A DNA stretch of 63,714 bases, filler included, from Neoconidiobolus thromboides FSU 785 (Eukaryota > Fungi > Entomophthoromycota): the NCBI GenBank assembly GCA_025603075.1. It is 4 parts of 4 records of this genome, joined end to end, with 100 filler letters (N's around TTAATTAATTAA, not from the genome) between each part and the next. Parts side by side here need not be neighbours in the genome. Positions count along the whole stretch, not along the records: positions 1 to 20,805 come from MU626549.1; positions 20,906 to 44,323 come from MU626527.1; 2 more parts are not named here. One strand, given 5' to 3'. A program made the position numbers and the translations under genes. Within the stretch, counting starts at the first letter, position 1. Each line of letters begins with the position of its first letter. The notes beneath the pieces were generated by a model, which saw nothing but the letters and a program-made list of their open reading frames with translations, searched no databases and was not told the origin of the DNA. Shown one piece after another: positions 10,546-22,929 of this stretch.

Positions 10546-13174
10546 ATGGCAAATGCCCTACATTATCAAGCTTTTAAGTCTTTTTTAGGCCCAGCAACAG
10601 TAGAAGGTAAATTAATATTTGATATATTATTTAGATTATAAACTAACGGTAATCAGGCTTCAAGTCTTCTTCAGCATTCAGAAAAGATGCAAGAGGGAAG
10701 CTTCAAAAATTACCTTTTGAACAATTTTCCGAACTAACTAAAGATGTATATGATGAATTAGTGAGAAGAACACAGGATATCGGTAATTAAAATATTTTAT
10801 ATCATGTTGGAATGATTGTAACAGATTAAATAGAATATAACGCGGCTTTATCTAACGATAGTTTACCAAGTAAAAGGAATCAAGCAAGACAAAAATTAGG
10901 GACCCTTTCAGATAAAAGATTTTATGATTTGGTTGGGGATCTTTTTATTGAAATTTTAATAAGGTATCCGGGAATTGATCCTGTAAGTTTTAATCTTCTT
11001 TAAGAGTTTATCGCTTTAATCATCGTCTTCCGAAGTTACTAGATCAACCAAAACTAATTTTAATTTATTTTAGTTATTAAAAGAAGATTCAGGTCATGAT
11101 TCAGGAGGAAATTTATATAGCCTTCCTCAAAGTAACTCATCCAACTCATCCTTTACATATTTTGATTCAAATTTAACCATGTCAAAAGAAATACCGAATT
11201 TAACATCAAAACATATAGTATGTTTATTATTGCTATTTATTTTTTAATTTTAACTTGAAAATTTAGAATGGAGATAAGCAAAGCAATTATGCAAACAAAT
11301 ATGATAATGAGTTAAATCATGCTTTGAAGAGGAATCAATCTTTAGAAAGAGCTTTATCGGTAATTGTTTTAGAGATTTACTTCTAACAAATACTAAATCT
11401 TTCCCGTTTAGACACAAAACAGCGATCCCAACTTATCGCTTTCTAGGAAGAATACATTTAATGAAACGCTTTCAAATCCTGTAAGTATACTTTCAATAGC
11501 GAAATTATTAATAAATTTAACAATCGTTTGATAGAATGCATATGAAATTTTAAAGCAAGATTATCACATATTAAGGAAAGAGTTTGAAAAACTTAATATA
11601 AGTTATAAGAGCTTAAATGCCGAAAATGAAAAACTTACTGTTGAAAACGAAAATTTAAAACGTAGTTTAGCTATTTATGAAGTAATTTAATATATTTATT
11701 TTTTTATCAAACGCTAACTCTATTAGACAAATGAAACTCAGTCTATTGCATTACAGTATTCAACATTACAAATTGAGCATGCTGATTTGAAGGAAAAATA
11801 CACTACAGAATTAAAAGTAAATTTTACAATAGCAAATATTTATTTATATTAATAAACCATAGGAACTAACCAATAAATATCAACATATTGATCAGGCACA
11901 AAGTGTACATAGAGAGATGTTTGATGCTATTGCAAAAAATGTAACTTAAATTCAAGTTTTATAATAGCTTAGCTAATTATTTTATAGAATGAAATTTTAG
12001 AATTTAAACTTCGTCAAGTAAATCAAGCATTAGAAAAATCACAAAGTAACTTTATTGGATTTAAGTCGATTTAATAAATACTAAATATTTATTATAGAGG
12101 AATCATTGAATTCACTCAAGAACGGTTCTTCTATTGGACCAGTTAAAGATTATGGGAATAGCTACCTTATTCATGAAAACTTAATGAGAACCCTCCGTTC
12201 ATCAGTAGACAAAGTTCTTAAATCTATACGGTAATTTCTTAGCTACATTAGTAATAATTAAGCTAACTTTTGATAGATCAAAAAATTCAAATGATGTACT
12301 TTTATCTTTAAAACCGTTAACCGAAACAAGTCGTTCTATTATTGATGTAGTTGAACAATTTGAAGCTGAAATACAAGACTCAAAACAAAACTGTTCGATT
12401 CAAATTTCAAATAATAAAGAAGATTTTTCTTCAGCTTTAGCAAATTTAATGACCCTTGCTAAAAAAGAAGCAGCTTCATCAAACGCTCAAAATTTTGTAC
12501 GCTTTGAGCATGAAGCTAAAGAGCTTTTATTGGCAGCAGAAGAACTTCAATTGTTATTACAAACCAACTTTTGCTCCTTACCGTATTTCTCAAGCAAAAA
12601 CAATCGCTATTCAAGCTTATCAAAAATGAATAATCCTTATAGGGATTCTTTTAATTCGAATCAGCAAACTCTGAATTATAATACTAACCTTAGTCATATT
12701 TCGAGAATTCCCCAAGTTCATGAAGATCATGATTCATCTTCTAGTTCTTTAGAAGATGCTATTCTTGACCCATTAAGAGATTATATCGAAGAGAAATCGG
12801 ATGAATTAATTGGTTGTGTAGATTTAATTATGGAATTTGTTAGAAACGATGATTTTTCAATCCATTTAAGTACCGAAGTAGAAAATGTACATGATAAAGC
12901 AGTTAACATTATCAAAGAATTCAAACAATATAGACTTATACCCAGATTAATGGATTCACCAGTAATAGTAAATTCGATCAAAGGAGTTGAAAATGCCAAT
13001 GAAAGGTTTTCTAGTTTATTAAAGGATTTGGAGCCTATTGTTGGAGCTAAAGATCTTACAATTGAAGAAATTGAAGAGCTAGATCCTACTATTAAGTTAT
13101 TGAAAACACATTTAGCTTCTACATGTTTAGAGCTCGCAAAATCAATTAAACAATTAGCTCAATGCCTTATTTAA
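10546..13174 (+). CDS. SPA2: Spa2-like polarisome scaffold: two Spa2-homology (GIT/SHD) repeats, a coiled coil and a C-terminal helical domain; many short introns
   Basis: ARGKLQKLPFEQFSELTKDVYDELVRR and RNQARQKLGTLSDKRFYDLVGDLFIEILIRYP are the two SHD repeats. The long last exon includes the 12449-13174 ORF. Confidence 0.82.
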
Positions 13175-14268
13175 AAAAATGTTGAAATAGTTGAAATGTT
13201 CTTCGTTATTCATTTAATTCTAAATGTCAACATGAGAATTTAAAATGAAAGGCTGCTTATGTATATTCTATCATTTAAAATTTTCTAGTTTGCTTAAGTA
13301 TTCTCTTTTATAATAAAATTAACCACTTTTGAGAGTAGTTCATACTTATTTTTTATCAAACATTAAATTTTAATCTGTTGTATTTATATGTCAAATATTA
13401 TTATCGGAAGTAAACAATCATCTATTAAAATTTTAAATAAGAAAGTTTTTTGATCTAATTGTTTAAAATTGTTTTTAAAATTGTTTTTAAAATAGCAAGA
13501 AAAGTCTAAAACTATAAACTTAGAAATAACTCAGGTAAGGGTTGGAGGCACCAATATTGGGCTACCATACAACTCAATCATCAATGTACAAATAAGCTGA
13601 GTTATCAAAAAAGGTTTTTTAAATCTTCAACAAACAATATCAACTTCTTATTTAAGGGCAAAAGAATAATTGTAAGCATTTATTGAGAAGATCCAACTCA
13701 TGCTTATAAAAGAAAATTCAATTCCCAAGATATTGATACACACATAATAGTAATTGAAATAAGTGGATAGGAAGTATATAATATTTTTTAAGATTAAATT
13801 TAGTGATTAATTAAATATTTATAAATTAGAAACTAGAGGTTGTGTTGTAATGCTTGCATCTCCAGCGTTAGCTTCTATTGCAAAATATAACTGTACCAAA
13901 GCATCTTGTTGAATCCTTGTTTTATACAAATTAAAGTGATTTAAAATTATACTTGATGAATTTTATTTAACTTAATTAATTACTACTATTATTAAGTTCT
14001 ATGGTTTGGTTTAAATAAAATAGATCACATTCTTAGCTAAAATAGCAAATTAAAGTGAAAAGTCAATTTACATTAGCTATCATTTATGAGTTCATCTTTC
14101 TTTTTAGTAAATTACAATAAAAACTACTACTTAAGTATAAATCATTTTGATATTTAATAAAGAAACAATTTGAATAATAACAATATAAAAGTTAATATTA
14201 CTTTAATATTTAAACATAATATGTAAATTTATCTTTCAAAAATAAGTGCAAAACAATTATAAAATAAA

Positions 14269-15675
14269 TTAATCTCTAGCTATTAAAACGCCTGAGCATG
14301 GTGGTGCTGGATTATTTCCTGGCCAGTCGCAATATGCATTTCCATTTGTGATAGCACAAACGGTTCCAGCTGGGCAAGCTCTTACTACCCATTTACCATT
14401 GTCACAGGTTGCGAAGTTTTGTCCATTGCAAGCTGCGCCACCATTACATGGTTGGCCAGATACTGGACAAGTTCCAGTTGGCGATGGGCCACTACTAGTG
14501 GTAGTGGTGGTAGAAGTGACTGGAGGCTTAGTAGTAGTAGTAGTAGTAGTAGTAGTTACAGGAGGCTTAGTAGTTGAAGTGGTAGTAGTGGTAGAGGTAA
14601 CAGGGGGATTAATAGTAGTAGTAGTAGTAGTAGAGGTAGTAGAGGTAGTAGAAGTGGTAACAGGAGGAGATCCACAATTTCCAGTATTACTTAAATAATC
14701 TTTAATAATCTTACCATAAGTTTTACCACCAATAATATTATTTTCAGATTGAGAAGCATCCCACATCATAACACCAGCAAAAGTATTATTCGATTTTAAA
14801 TCAGAAACAATGCTTTGTAATTTATCGGTTGTAATATAACCAGAACCAGCAGCAGTTTGAGAAGCAGGAACACCAAGGATAAGTTTGATATTCTTATTAA
14901 AGGATTTGTTATGTGCCCATTTGTCCCAATCACCCCAATTCCAGGCCCATTGATTGCCATAATTCTGTACACCACACCAGTTGTTATAAAATTGGATATT
15001 GATAAAATCAATATAAGAAGATTCCATAATAGTATTTAAATTACCATCAGGGAAAACACATTGCGGAGCAGCGGATACATAATATTTTTTAGATGGATCA
15101 CTTTTGTAATAAGTTTGAAGTTTACTTAAGAAAACATCATAATAGGCTTGGGAACCGCCTTCTAAATCTAAATCAATACCATCTATTTGAGCATCATCAA
15201 ATGGACGATATTTATGATTTCCTTTCATAAACATATTCCAAATAGTATCTGCAAATTCAGAAGCAGCAGCTGAGGAATCAAAACCAGTACGAGCAATAGC
15301 ACCACCTAAACTTAAAATGATTTTCTTACCCTTAGATTGGCAATATTTAATATCTTGACCAATCTTAGGACAATGTCTTAATTTACTTGCAATTGGATCA
15401 GTGAAAAAGTCTTCACAATGATTAGAAAAGTTAATTTCAGGGAAGCTAGTACCTGCATTGAAATTATTTAAGAAAGATAAATTAATGACATCCATATAAC
15501 CATCATCACAATATTTAGCTAAGTCTTTTTCCCAAAGCTCTGGATTATTCAAGTGTGCGCCACCATAACTGTTTTGGCCCCAATAGAAAACTTGATTGTT
15601 ATTACAATTTAAGTCGAAACCAACGATAGAACTAATTAGAGTAGGGAGAAGAGCTAAACCAAAATTTTTATACAT
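14269..15675 (-). CDS. Secreted GH18 class III (Cts1-type) chitinase with Thr/Pro linker and C-terminal Cys-rich chitin-binding module (CBM19-like); intronless
   Basis: Signal peptide; VFYWGQNS, KIILSLGGA, intact catalytic IDGIDLDLE, IQFYNN and GVMMWDAS; TTT/PPV linker; CNGQNFATCDNGKWVVRACPAGTVC. Confidence 0.95.
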   Translation of the reverse strand: MYKNFGLALLPTLISSIVGFDLNCNNNQVFYWGQNSYGGAHLNNPELWEKDLAKYCDDGYMDVINLSFLNNFNAGTSFPEINFSNHCEDFFTDPIASKLRHCPKIGQDIKYCQSKGKKIILSLGGAIARTGFDSSAAASEFADTIWNMFMKGNHKYRPFDDAQIDGIDLDLEGGSQAYYDVFLSKLQTYYKSDPSKKYYVSAAPQCVFPDGNLNTIMESSYIDFINIQFYNNWCGVQNYGNQWAWNWGDWDKWAHNKSFNKNIKLILGVPASQTAAGSGYITTDKLQSIVSDLKSNNTFAGVMMWDASQSENNIIGGKTYGKIIKDYLSNTGNCGSPPVTTSTTSTTSTTTTTTINPPVTSTTTTTSTTKPPVTTTTTTTTTKPPVTSTTTTTSSGPSPTGTCPVSGQPCNGGAACNGQNFATCDNGKWVVRACPAGTVCAITNGNAYCDWPGNNPAPPCSGVLIARD

Positions 15676-17089
15676 TTTTATTATTAAAACAACTTGTGTT
15701 AATTTATTTGCATTCCATTCAAGTGGCTTATATACTTTTTGAAAATAAATAACATATAAAGAACATTATTCTATTTATAGACAAAATTCTAATATGAAAT
15801 TGGGCTAAATGATCATAAACATTAGAAGTCAAATCTGTATCATGTTTTGATCTGTCATTTATTAAAAAAATAATAAATGGTCTAATCACAAGATTTTTAT
15901 ACTTGAAAAATATCTGCATTTTTTCATTTATTGCTCCTTAACCGTACAATCCTTTATTTCAACCATTAATCAAAATCATTTGTCTTACAACAGTATCATA
16001 AGAACGTATCAATATTATAATAAACCTCTTTATAAGCAAATAATTTTATTTCAATACTAATGAGCCTCAAATTCAATAACACCAATTGGATCATATGGAC
16101 AAAATTTATCATTTTGACCCAACATCTTTTAACTTTTGTAACGGTCAAGTGAATAAAAAAAATCATTTTACTTAATAAATTCTTGAATGAACCTCAGCTT
16201 GCTTTAAAATTTAAAAAAAGGCGAATTAATAAATCAATTTTGAGTCAAAGAATAAAAATAATGTATTTAAATATTAAGTCTTGATTAAACTTCGATTTAA
16301 AATATTGTAAATGATCTATATTTATTCATTTATTTTATTATGCAGTTTTGATTAACATATTTCCTTATTAAGGTATTTTGTTTTATCAATAGTTTAATAA
16401 TATTATTTATTTCAACTCTTATTTTTTATATTATAATTGACACTATAATAATAGTAATAAATCTAAAAGCTATTTAAGTTCTATCATGTTCAACAATGAG
16501 TTTATAAACTGTAATAGTGATATAATATCAGCTTATACATTATCTTAAATAAAATTGTATAATTTATTTTTTTAAATCACAAGTTTTCTAATATTCATTA
16601 GAGAAAAAGATTAGACAAGAAAGAATATGGAGGTGAACACTGGAAAAAGGAGGGATCCTTAGATAACAAAAGGAAAGTCAAGATAATGGAGAGAGATAAG
16701 TAAAAAGAAAATTCAGTAAACAATTTAATGGGAAGAGAAGATAGCTCTGTTTCATCATTATAAAAAATATTGTTATTTCAAAATTTTTAATAGACTTAAT
16801 AACCATAAACTTTAATACTATAATAAAAAATCAAATTTAACAATAAAGTTTTATTTCAATAAGACTGTATGCTATATCATAGTAATTTTTATTTTTATTA
16901 TCATAACTTTAACGCATATTAAATTAATATTCTATCCATGCTCACTACTCTGACCTATCTTTTTCATCGTTGTTTCAATATGATTATCACCAAATTTAAG
17001 GTTCATCTACAATAAAATATACCACAATGATAATCCTACTTTTCACTTAATAGTCCTATTTCTAGCTGGGTTTGATCATATTGTTAACA

Positions 17090-18377
17090 ATTTTGTCGTT
17101 TGTCGTCAAAACTATTTACTTATTAACTATACTTCATGTTAGATGGCTTAATCCTATTTATTTAACTTTACAACTAACAAAATAAAAGATATTATTTTTA
17201 ACATAATAAACATAATAAACATAATAAACATAATAAACATAATAAACATAATAAACATGAAGGCCCCAATTTAGAGGGATTAAATACATTTCCTGATATC
17301 AGCAATACACCCAATTCTTTTAATAAAGTATCACAAAAATTAGGAATAATAGTAATATCTTCAGTCATCTTCTTTTAAGAAATAGCAAGTAGATTTTCTA
17401 AATTGATTTTCAACAATCTAATCTTACAATACCAAGCATTGGGCTAAACTCATTCAAAATATTCAAAATATTTAATTGAAAACTCTTCAATTACTTTAAA
17501 TTTGTTTGATAATTTTTTAAATTATGTTGTAAAATTAGATTATTATTTCTTAATCCTACTTTACAAAAAATTCAGATGGAACTGGGTTAGTAACTGCTAT
17601 ATAATCTTTACATCATGCTAACGCTTCTAATAATTTTATATTTTGAGAAGCTATTCAACCAAGGGATAATCCTGGTAAGGTAAGCAATTTGGATAGTGCA
17701 CTTGTTGATATACAATTATGCCAAATTTGAGTGAAGGAAGATAATGGTAATTCACCCTTATATTATGAAAATCGATTGAGTTCATCTGCTAATAAAATAT
17801 TATTAATGGTTGAATTATATTAGTAGTTTCTTTTATCATTGTAAAGTAAGGGGAAATTTAGCTGAGTTGTATGATGTATCAATCAATACTGTTTTAACGT
17901 TTTCACTTAAATTTTATTCAATCTTTTTAAAACAAATATTTCATTTTCTTTCTTCATTAATAATAATAGGAATTTCAACCACCTCTACATCCTAAAGACC
18001 TAAGAAATTCATAATGTGATCAATAACATAGTATTTATACTATTATTTTATTCCCTTTTCTAATAACCTATACACCTAGTTAAAATTGCTTGTTGAGCAT
18101 CAGTATGTATTGAAGTATTTTGTTGATTGAAGTTGACTTTAGAATCTTATCCACTATAAAGCGAGTTTACTATCAACTCACGTAGTTCTGGATCATTAAA
18201 ACTATCAGTATAACTTAGGTAAATAACTTAAGATCCTTCTATTAATTTATCTGAATCCTTGCTAAGTCCAATTAATACTCTGGTAATATAAGGCTATAGA
18301 TCGGAATAACGTAATAGATATTTACTGGTACATTTATCTTTATATGACAACATTCCTAATTCAAAGGGACGAAGCAT
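17090..18377 (-). pseudogene. Decayed intronless class I/II PLP-dependent aminotransferase
   Basis: Minus-strand translation across stops and frameshifts gives MLRPFEL...SKYLLRYSD, YLSYTDSFNDPELRELIVNSLY, HTDAQQAI, NVKTVLIDTSYNS, NILLADELNRF, ISTSALSKLLTLPGLSLG*IA, KDYIAVTNPVPSE and FCDTLLKELGVLLISGNVF, in the canonical order for this fold. The 3' boundary is approximate. Confidence 0.8.
17199..17258 (+). repeat. 9-bp tandem repeat (AAACATAAT)n, ~6.5 copies, inside the 3' end of the aminotransferase pseudogene
   Basis: Directly visible perfect tandem array. Confidence 0.95.
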
Positions 18378-19201
18378 AATTACTTTTCAATTTTAAAGGA
18401 GGATAAATAATATATGGAATATCTATATTACTTTTTTACTACATCACCTACTTACATATCCATCGTCTCCTAAAAAATAGTTTTGTGAATTTTTATTATT
18501 ACATTAAGGAAGATTTTGCGGGTAGCTTTTGAAATTGTATCTAAGCCTAGTGACACAATAGTCTCCAGCTAGTGTAGTAAAAATGGCTAATATAATTTTA
18601 ATAATCTTATTGAACAACTTTAATATTACACTCCAAATAACAGTGGTTCGATTAAGTTAATTTTATTATAAATCGGTGAAAATCAATGTGTATATATCTG
18701 TGTGAAATACACATAAATATTATAAACTAAAGATAAACTTAAAATATTGTTAAACGTATTTTATATTATTTTATATTATTTTATATTTAATGTTGAAAAT
18801 TATAAATCCTAAACGTAATTGACATTATAATACAATAATGAAAAATCAACTTCTAAACTGGTAGCATTATAACAGGTATAAGAATCCTACAAGCCCTATT
18901 ATTGAACATTATCAAATGCCTTAGTTGGCTTTTGGATAGCATAAACTGATATAATTATATTAATTTAAAGGTAGTAAATATTTTTTATTGGATTTATGAA
19001 ATTTACTATTATTTTTTTAAGTAGGGAATCTGTTATTTGAGTTATGTAAGCATTTTATCTTACTATCATTTTATTAGAGAAAATTAACACATACTTGTGT
19101 CCAAAGATGTTGAAAGCATTTAGTTGATTGTTTTGTCTACTTTAATATCTGTACTTTCAAATATATTAAGACTATGTAATCTAATATTAAAAACAATATA
19201 A

Positions 19202-19230
19202 ATATGATGATATGATGATATGATGATATG
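19202..19230 (+). repeat. 8-bp tandem repeat (ATATGATG)x3+
   Basis: Directly visible. Confidence 0.85.
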
Positions 19231-20698
19231 ATTATTATTCTAATTGTTTTATTTCAAGATAGTAAAACGAATAAAAACAATCAGAATTAATCTATTATAA
19301 GCTGATATCTCAGAGCTCATAAACTTTCTTAACTACTTAAAATAACTAAATAATTATAAAGGTCAAAGTTATCAAAAATCATTCTTCTGTTACAAATTGT
19401 AATTCTATTATTAAATTTGATACCTCCTAGACCGCTAAGGTTTTCCTATACTATAAATTTTTTGGATCAAATCAGAATTTAAAGCATACAAACCTAAAAT
19501 CTAGTCTGATTTCAATACTTCACAAGTAATTGTTTTAGTTTTGTAATATTCACAAACCCATCCAACGTCTGTTTTTACGCATATTATCCTATTGTATTAA
19601 CTTAATGTCAACAGCCTATAATGAATCTATCTCCTACTTTAATATAAAATACTACTTTATACGTTATTATTTTGAAATATTAGTTGAGATATTTTATAAT
19701 TTTAAGTTATTTAATATTTTAATCTGAAATTGAAGCCAATTATATAATGGATATGATTTTTAGCCTACTAAAAAAGCTGATTTTGGTTTATTTTTGCTAC
19801 TAATCTTTGCATTTCCTAATTATAAATCATTGGTTGATTATTTTTAAAACTATAAAATAAGCAAGTAACATCCAGAAAAAGTATTTTAAGTCATTATTGA
19901 CTCAATTTAAACCAATTAAAATCAAAAGTTTAGTTGACAAAATCATATTGCCAAAAAATCAAGACTCAAAAAACTTAAATATAATATCTCTTATATTCAA
20001 TAAAAACTGAACAACATCATTAATACAATATTAATATAAAACAATTAACTCTCACAAGAAAATTCCTGGATTTCTGCTTTATCTTACTCTGAAAGTCGCT
20101 ATAGAACCTTCAATTTTTTTTGTAGTTATCAATTCTACTAAACTTAAGTAGGTAAGAAGCAGGTAATAGCAAGTGAGTGAGGTTGATTTAATATGATTTC
20201 AAAGTATTACTAATGAGTTTGTTTTAATTTTTAGTATCCAAGTAACAGTCAAGTGATAGAAAAAAGGGTCTAAGGTTCGGCATAGCATTTGTTGATTGTT
20301 CATTGCTAAGAAAGCCAGGTAAAACTTCTAATTATATTAAACAATCACTAAATATTTTGTTGTTTTTTTTCTTTTTTTTAAATATAAAAAAACACTATGA
20401 CTTATAGTATTATGATTTGTAACATTATGATTATTTTTATTTTTTTATTTTTTTTATTTGTTTAAACACTTTTAAAAACTATTTAGATATTGAATTTGCC
20501 TTTAATAAACTATTTATTGTTGCTTTACTCGAATTTAAATAATACGTTTATAGCTACTATAAAAAAGAAAGTGTACATATAATACTTCATATACTAGAAT
20601 TTAGTATGATAATCAAATACAAATGATTCTGAGATTAAGCATAATGTAGTCTTCGATTAACATGTAACAAGCTTTACCAATTTGATATTTGACCAAGT

Positions 20699-20805
20699 AT
20701 ATGGGGATGTATTTTTGTATTTAAGAATTTTACCAACAAATTTTCCACTCAAATAGTGCTTAAAAAATGGAAAAAATAATGAAGTCAAAAAAAACACTCC
20801 CATAT
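20699..20805 (+). mobile_element. ~105-bp MITE family copy (full length) ending at the scaffold gap
   Basis: ATAT-GGGGATGTATTTTT...TTTTCCA...TGGAAAA...AAAAAAAACACTCCC-ATAT. Confidence 0.88.
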
Positions 20806-20905
20806 NNNNNNNNNNNNNNNNNNNNNNNNNNNNNNNNNNNNNNNNNNNNTTAATTAATTAANNNNNNNNNNNNNNNNNNNNNNNNNNNNNNNNNNNNNNN
20901 NNNNN
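20806..20905. other. Scaffold gap with artificial TTAATTAATTAA spacer (20850-20861)
   Basis: 44 N + 12-mer with stops in all six frames + 44 N; the same construct occurs at all three gaps. Confidence 0.97.
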
Positions 20906-21897
20906 TTAACCATATTTCCACTTTGGTGTTCCTCGCCTAAAACTTTACCCCCAATTAATTTAGCTACTCGTTGGCCTCCTTCCCATGCCAAATTATGAAT
21001 ATAATTGATAATATTATCCTGTCCATATTTCTCGATAAAATCTAAAGAAGCATCTGTTGCTAACCAACATGAAAAATCAATAGTACCTGGCCACTGAAAA
21101 GTAGTTTGAAAATTATTTGACCCATAACCAACTGCAATAACTGTGGGATGAATAATGGACTGATACTCTTTTCTAACGTACAATACAGAGGTAGGACGAT
21201 AAGCGTAGCCCCATTTGTGTAACGTAGTCGAAAAAAAATCTACCTTAGTTTTAGCTATATTGAGTTTAATTTGTCCAAAAGCATGCGCTCCATCAACTAC
21301 TACTTTAGCACCATGCTCTTTAAATAAGATAGCAAGCTCTTCATATGGAAGAATTAATCCAGGTACAGATATAATAGCATCCAAAACAGCTACCGTAATT
21401 TTAATACCATTTGATTCTGCTTGCTCAATGGCCTGCTTTACTGATTCAATTAATTGTCTATCACTGACAGGCTTATGTCTAAATTCAATTAAGTTAACTC
21501 CCTGTTTTTCATTTAAAAATTGAATCAATACATTCACTGAATTATAAGCGGTATTGAAATAAAATAAAGTATCTTTCTCGGTTAACTCTAAACTCCTTAA
21601 GACTACGTTAATACCCTGAGTTGCATTTTTTATAAATACTACATCTTCTGGATTTGCACCGATAATATTTGCTATTCTTTTTAATGGCTTTTGTAAGTTT
21701 TGTTGAAGTGGACCAAGCAACAATAAATCTGGATGGGACTCAATAGCGTCTAACCACTTGATTCTACTTTCTCTTACACTTTTAGGCACTGTACCAAAAC
21801 TACCATTGTTCAAATGAGTTAATTTAGGATCTAATTGAAATTCTTGCTTGATGTTGTCACCAAAGGCTTGTTGATTGTCATTGTTAAGTAAAACCAT
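20906..21897 (-). CDS. Class V PLP enzyme, Egt2 (hercynylcysteine sulfoxide lyase) / CefD / L-cysteine desulfhydrase-like; intronless, 3' end lost in the gap
   Basis: LTHLNNGSFGTVP, VVFIKNATQGINVVLRSL, VLDAIISVPGLILP, VVDGAHAFG and TTLHKW (PLP lysine intact), FQWPGTIDFS. Exact substrate cannot be determined from sequence. Confidence 0.85.
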
Positions 21898-22524
21898 TTT
21901 AATTTTTAAAAATAAGAAAAGATCAAGATTTCGTTTTTTTATAGTTTTTTAAGTTGCCTTATGGCACAAGGATGATATTTAAAACTTACTTCATTGGAAT
22001 TTTCAGTTCTACAATTTTAATAGTGCGAAATTGCGTTATGAAAAAGAAATAATAGTCATTGTGAACCATAACTAAGGGTATATTAGAATTTCATTAAATT
22101 AGAATAAGGTTCAATTAGTAATCGAAAATTATAATAATGTTTATATTTTATCAGCAATGATAAAGTAAAATAGTTAATAATTGAATAAAATTAAGGTTTT
22201 TGAATAATTCTATATTCTTAATATCCGTTACTGAACAATAGATTTTCATAAAGTTTATTATTATTAATCATCTTCTGAGCAATATTTTGTGATATAACGT
22301 CATTGATAAGATTAAAAACAATAAAGCTACTATCTATCATAATAGCTATAGGGCTTATTGGTAAAATATCAGACTATTGTGCAAAAGGTATATACATATG
22401 TAATAATATTTACAAATAATTAACTATTGAGAAATGTATAATTTAACTAAGTTTCAATATTAATAGCTATTATTTATACATATCAAATAAAAAGAATCAG
22501 CTTATAGAATTACTAAATTTTAAA

Positions 22525-22626
22525 ATATGGGGATGTATTTTTTTGTTTAAGAATTTTACTAATAATCTTCTGCTAAGTGGCGCTTAAAAAGTGAAAAAGT
22601 AATGAAACAAAAAAATATCCCTATAT
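22525..22626 (+). mobile_element. ~105-bp MITE family copy (left arm of a ~400-bp palindrome)
   Basis: ATAT-GGGGATGTATTTTTTT...gcgcttaaaaagtgaaaaagtaatgaaacaaaaaaatatccct-ATAT. Confidence 0.88.
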
Positions 22627-22822
22627 AGTATTTTTGACTTAGCATAACTATAGTGAGAAAATTTTGACCAAACTGAAATAAAAATTCTGAAAATAATTTT
22701 GACAAAAGTGAACAAAATTGAATATTTCATTTTAAATAAGAATTTTGTTCACTTTGAGAGGGGGTTGCTATTAGATTTTTTTTCTTGCTATAGTTGTAAC
22801 AGGTTGAAAATACTATATTAGG

Positions 22823-22929
22823 ATATAAGGGTGTTTTTTTTGGCCTCATTGCTTTTTCTATTTTTTAAGTGCTATTTGAGTGGGAAAATTGTTAGCAAAG
22901 TTCTTAAATATAAAAACATATCCTCATAT
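22823..22929 (-). mobile_element. ~105-bp MITE family copy (right arm of the palindrome)
   Basis: The reverse complement matches the consensus; ATAT at both ends. Confidence 0.85.

Noticed and set aside
14348-15039. Plus-strand and alternate-frame ORFs over the chitinase, including a poly-Val ORF
   Set aside because: Antisense or frame shadows of the Thr-rich linker and catalytic domain.
20850-20861. TTAATTAATTAA motif centred in each N-run (also at 44368 and 61938)
   Set aside because: An identical N44-12mer-N44 construct at all three gaps, with stops in six frames: an assembly spacer, not biology.
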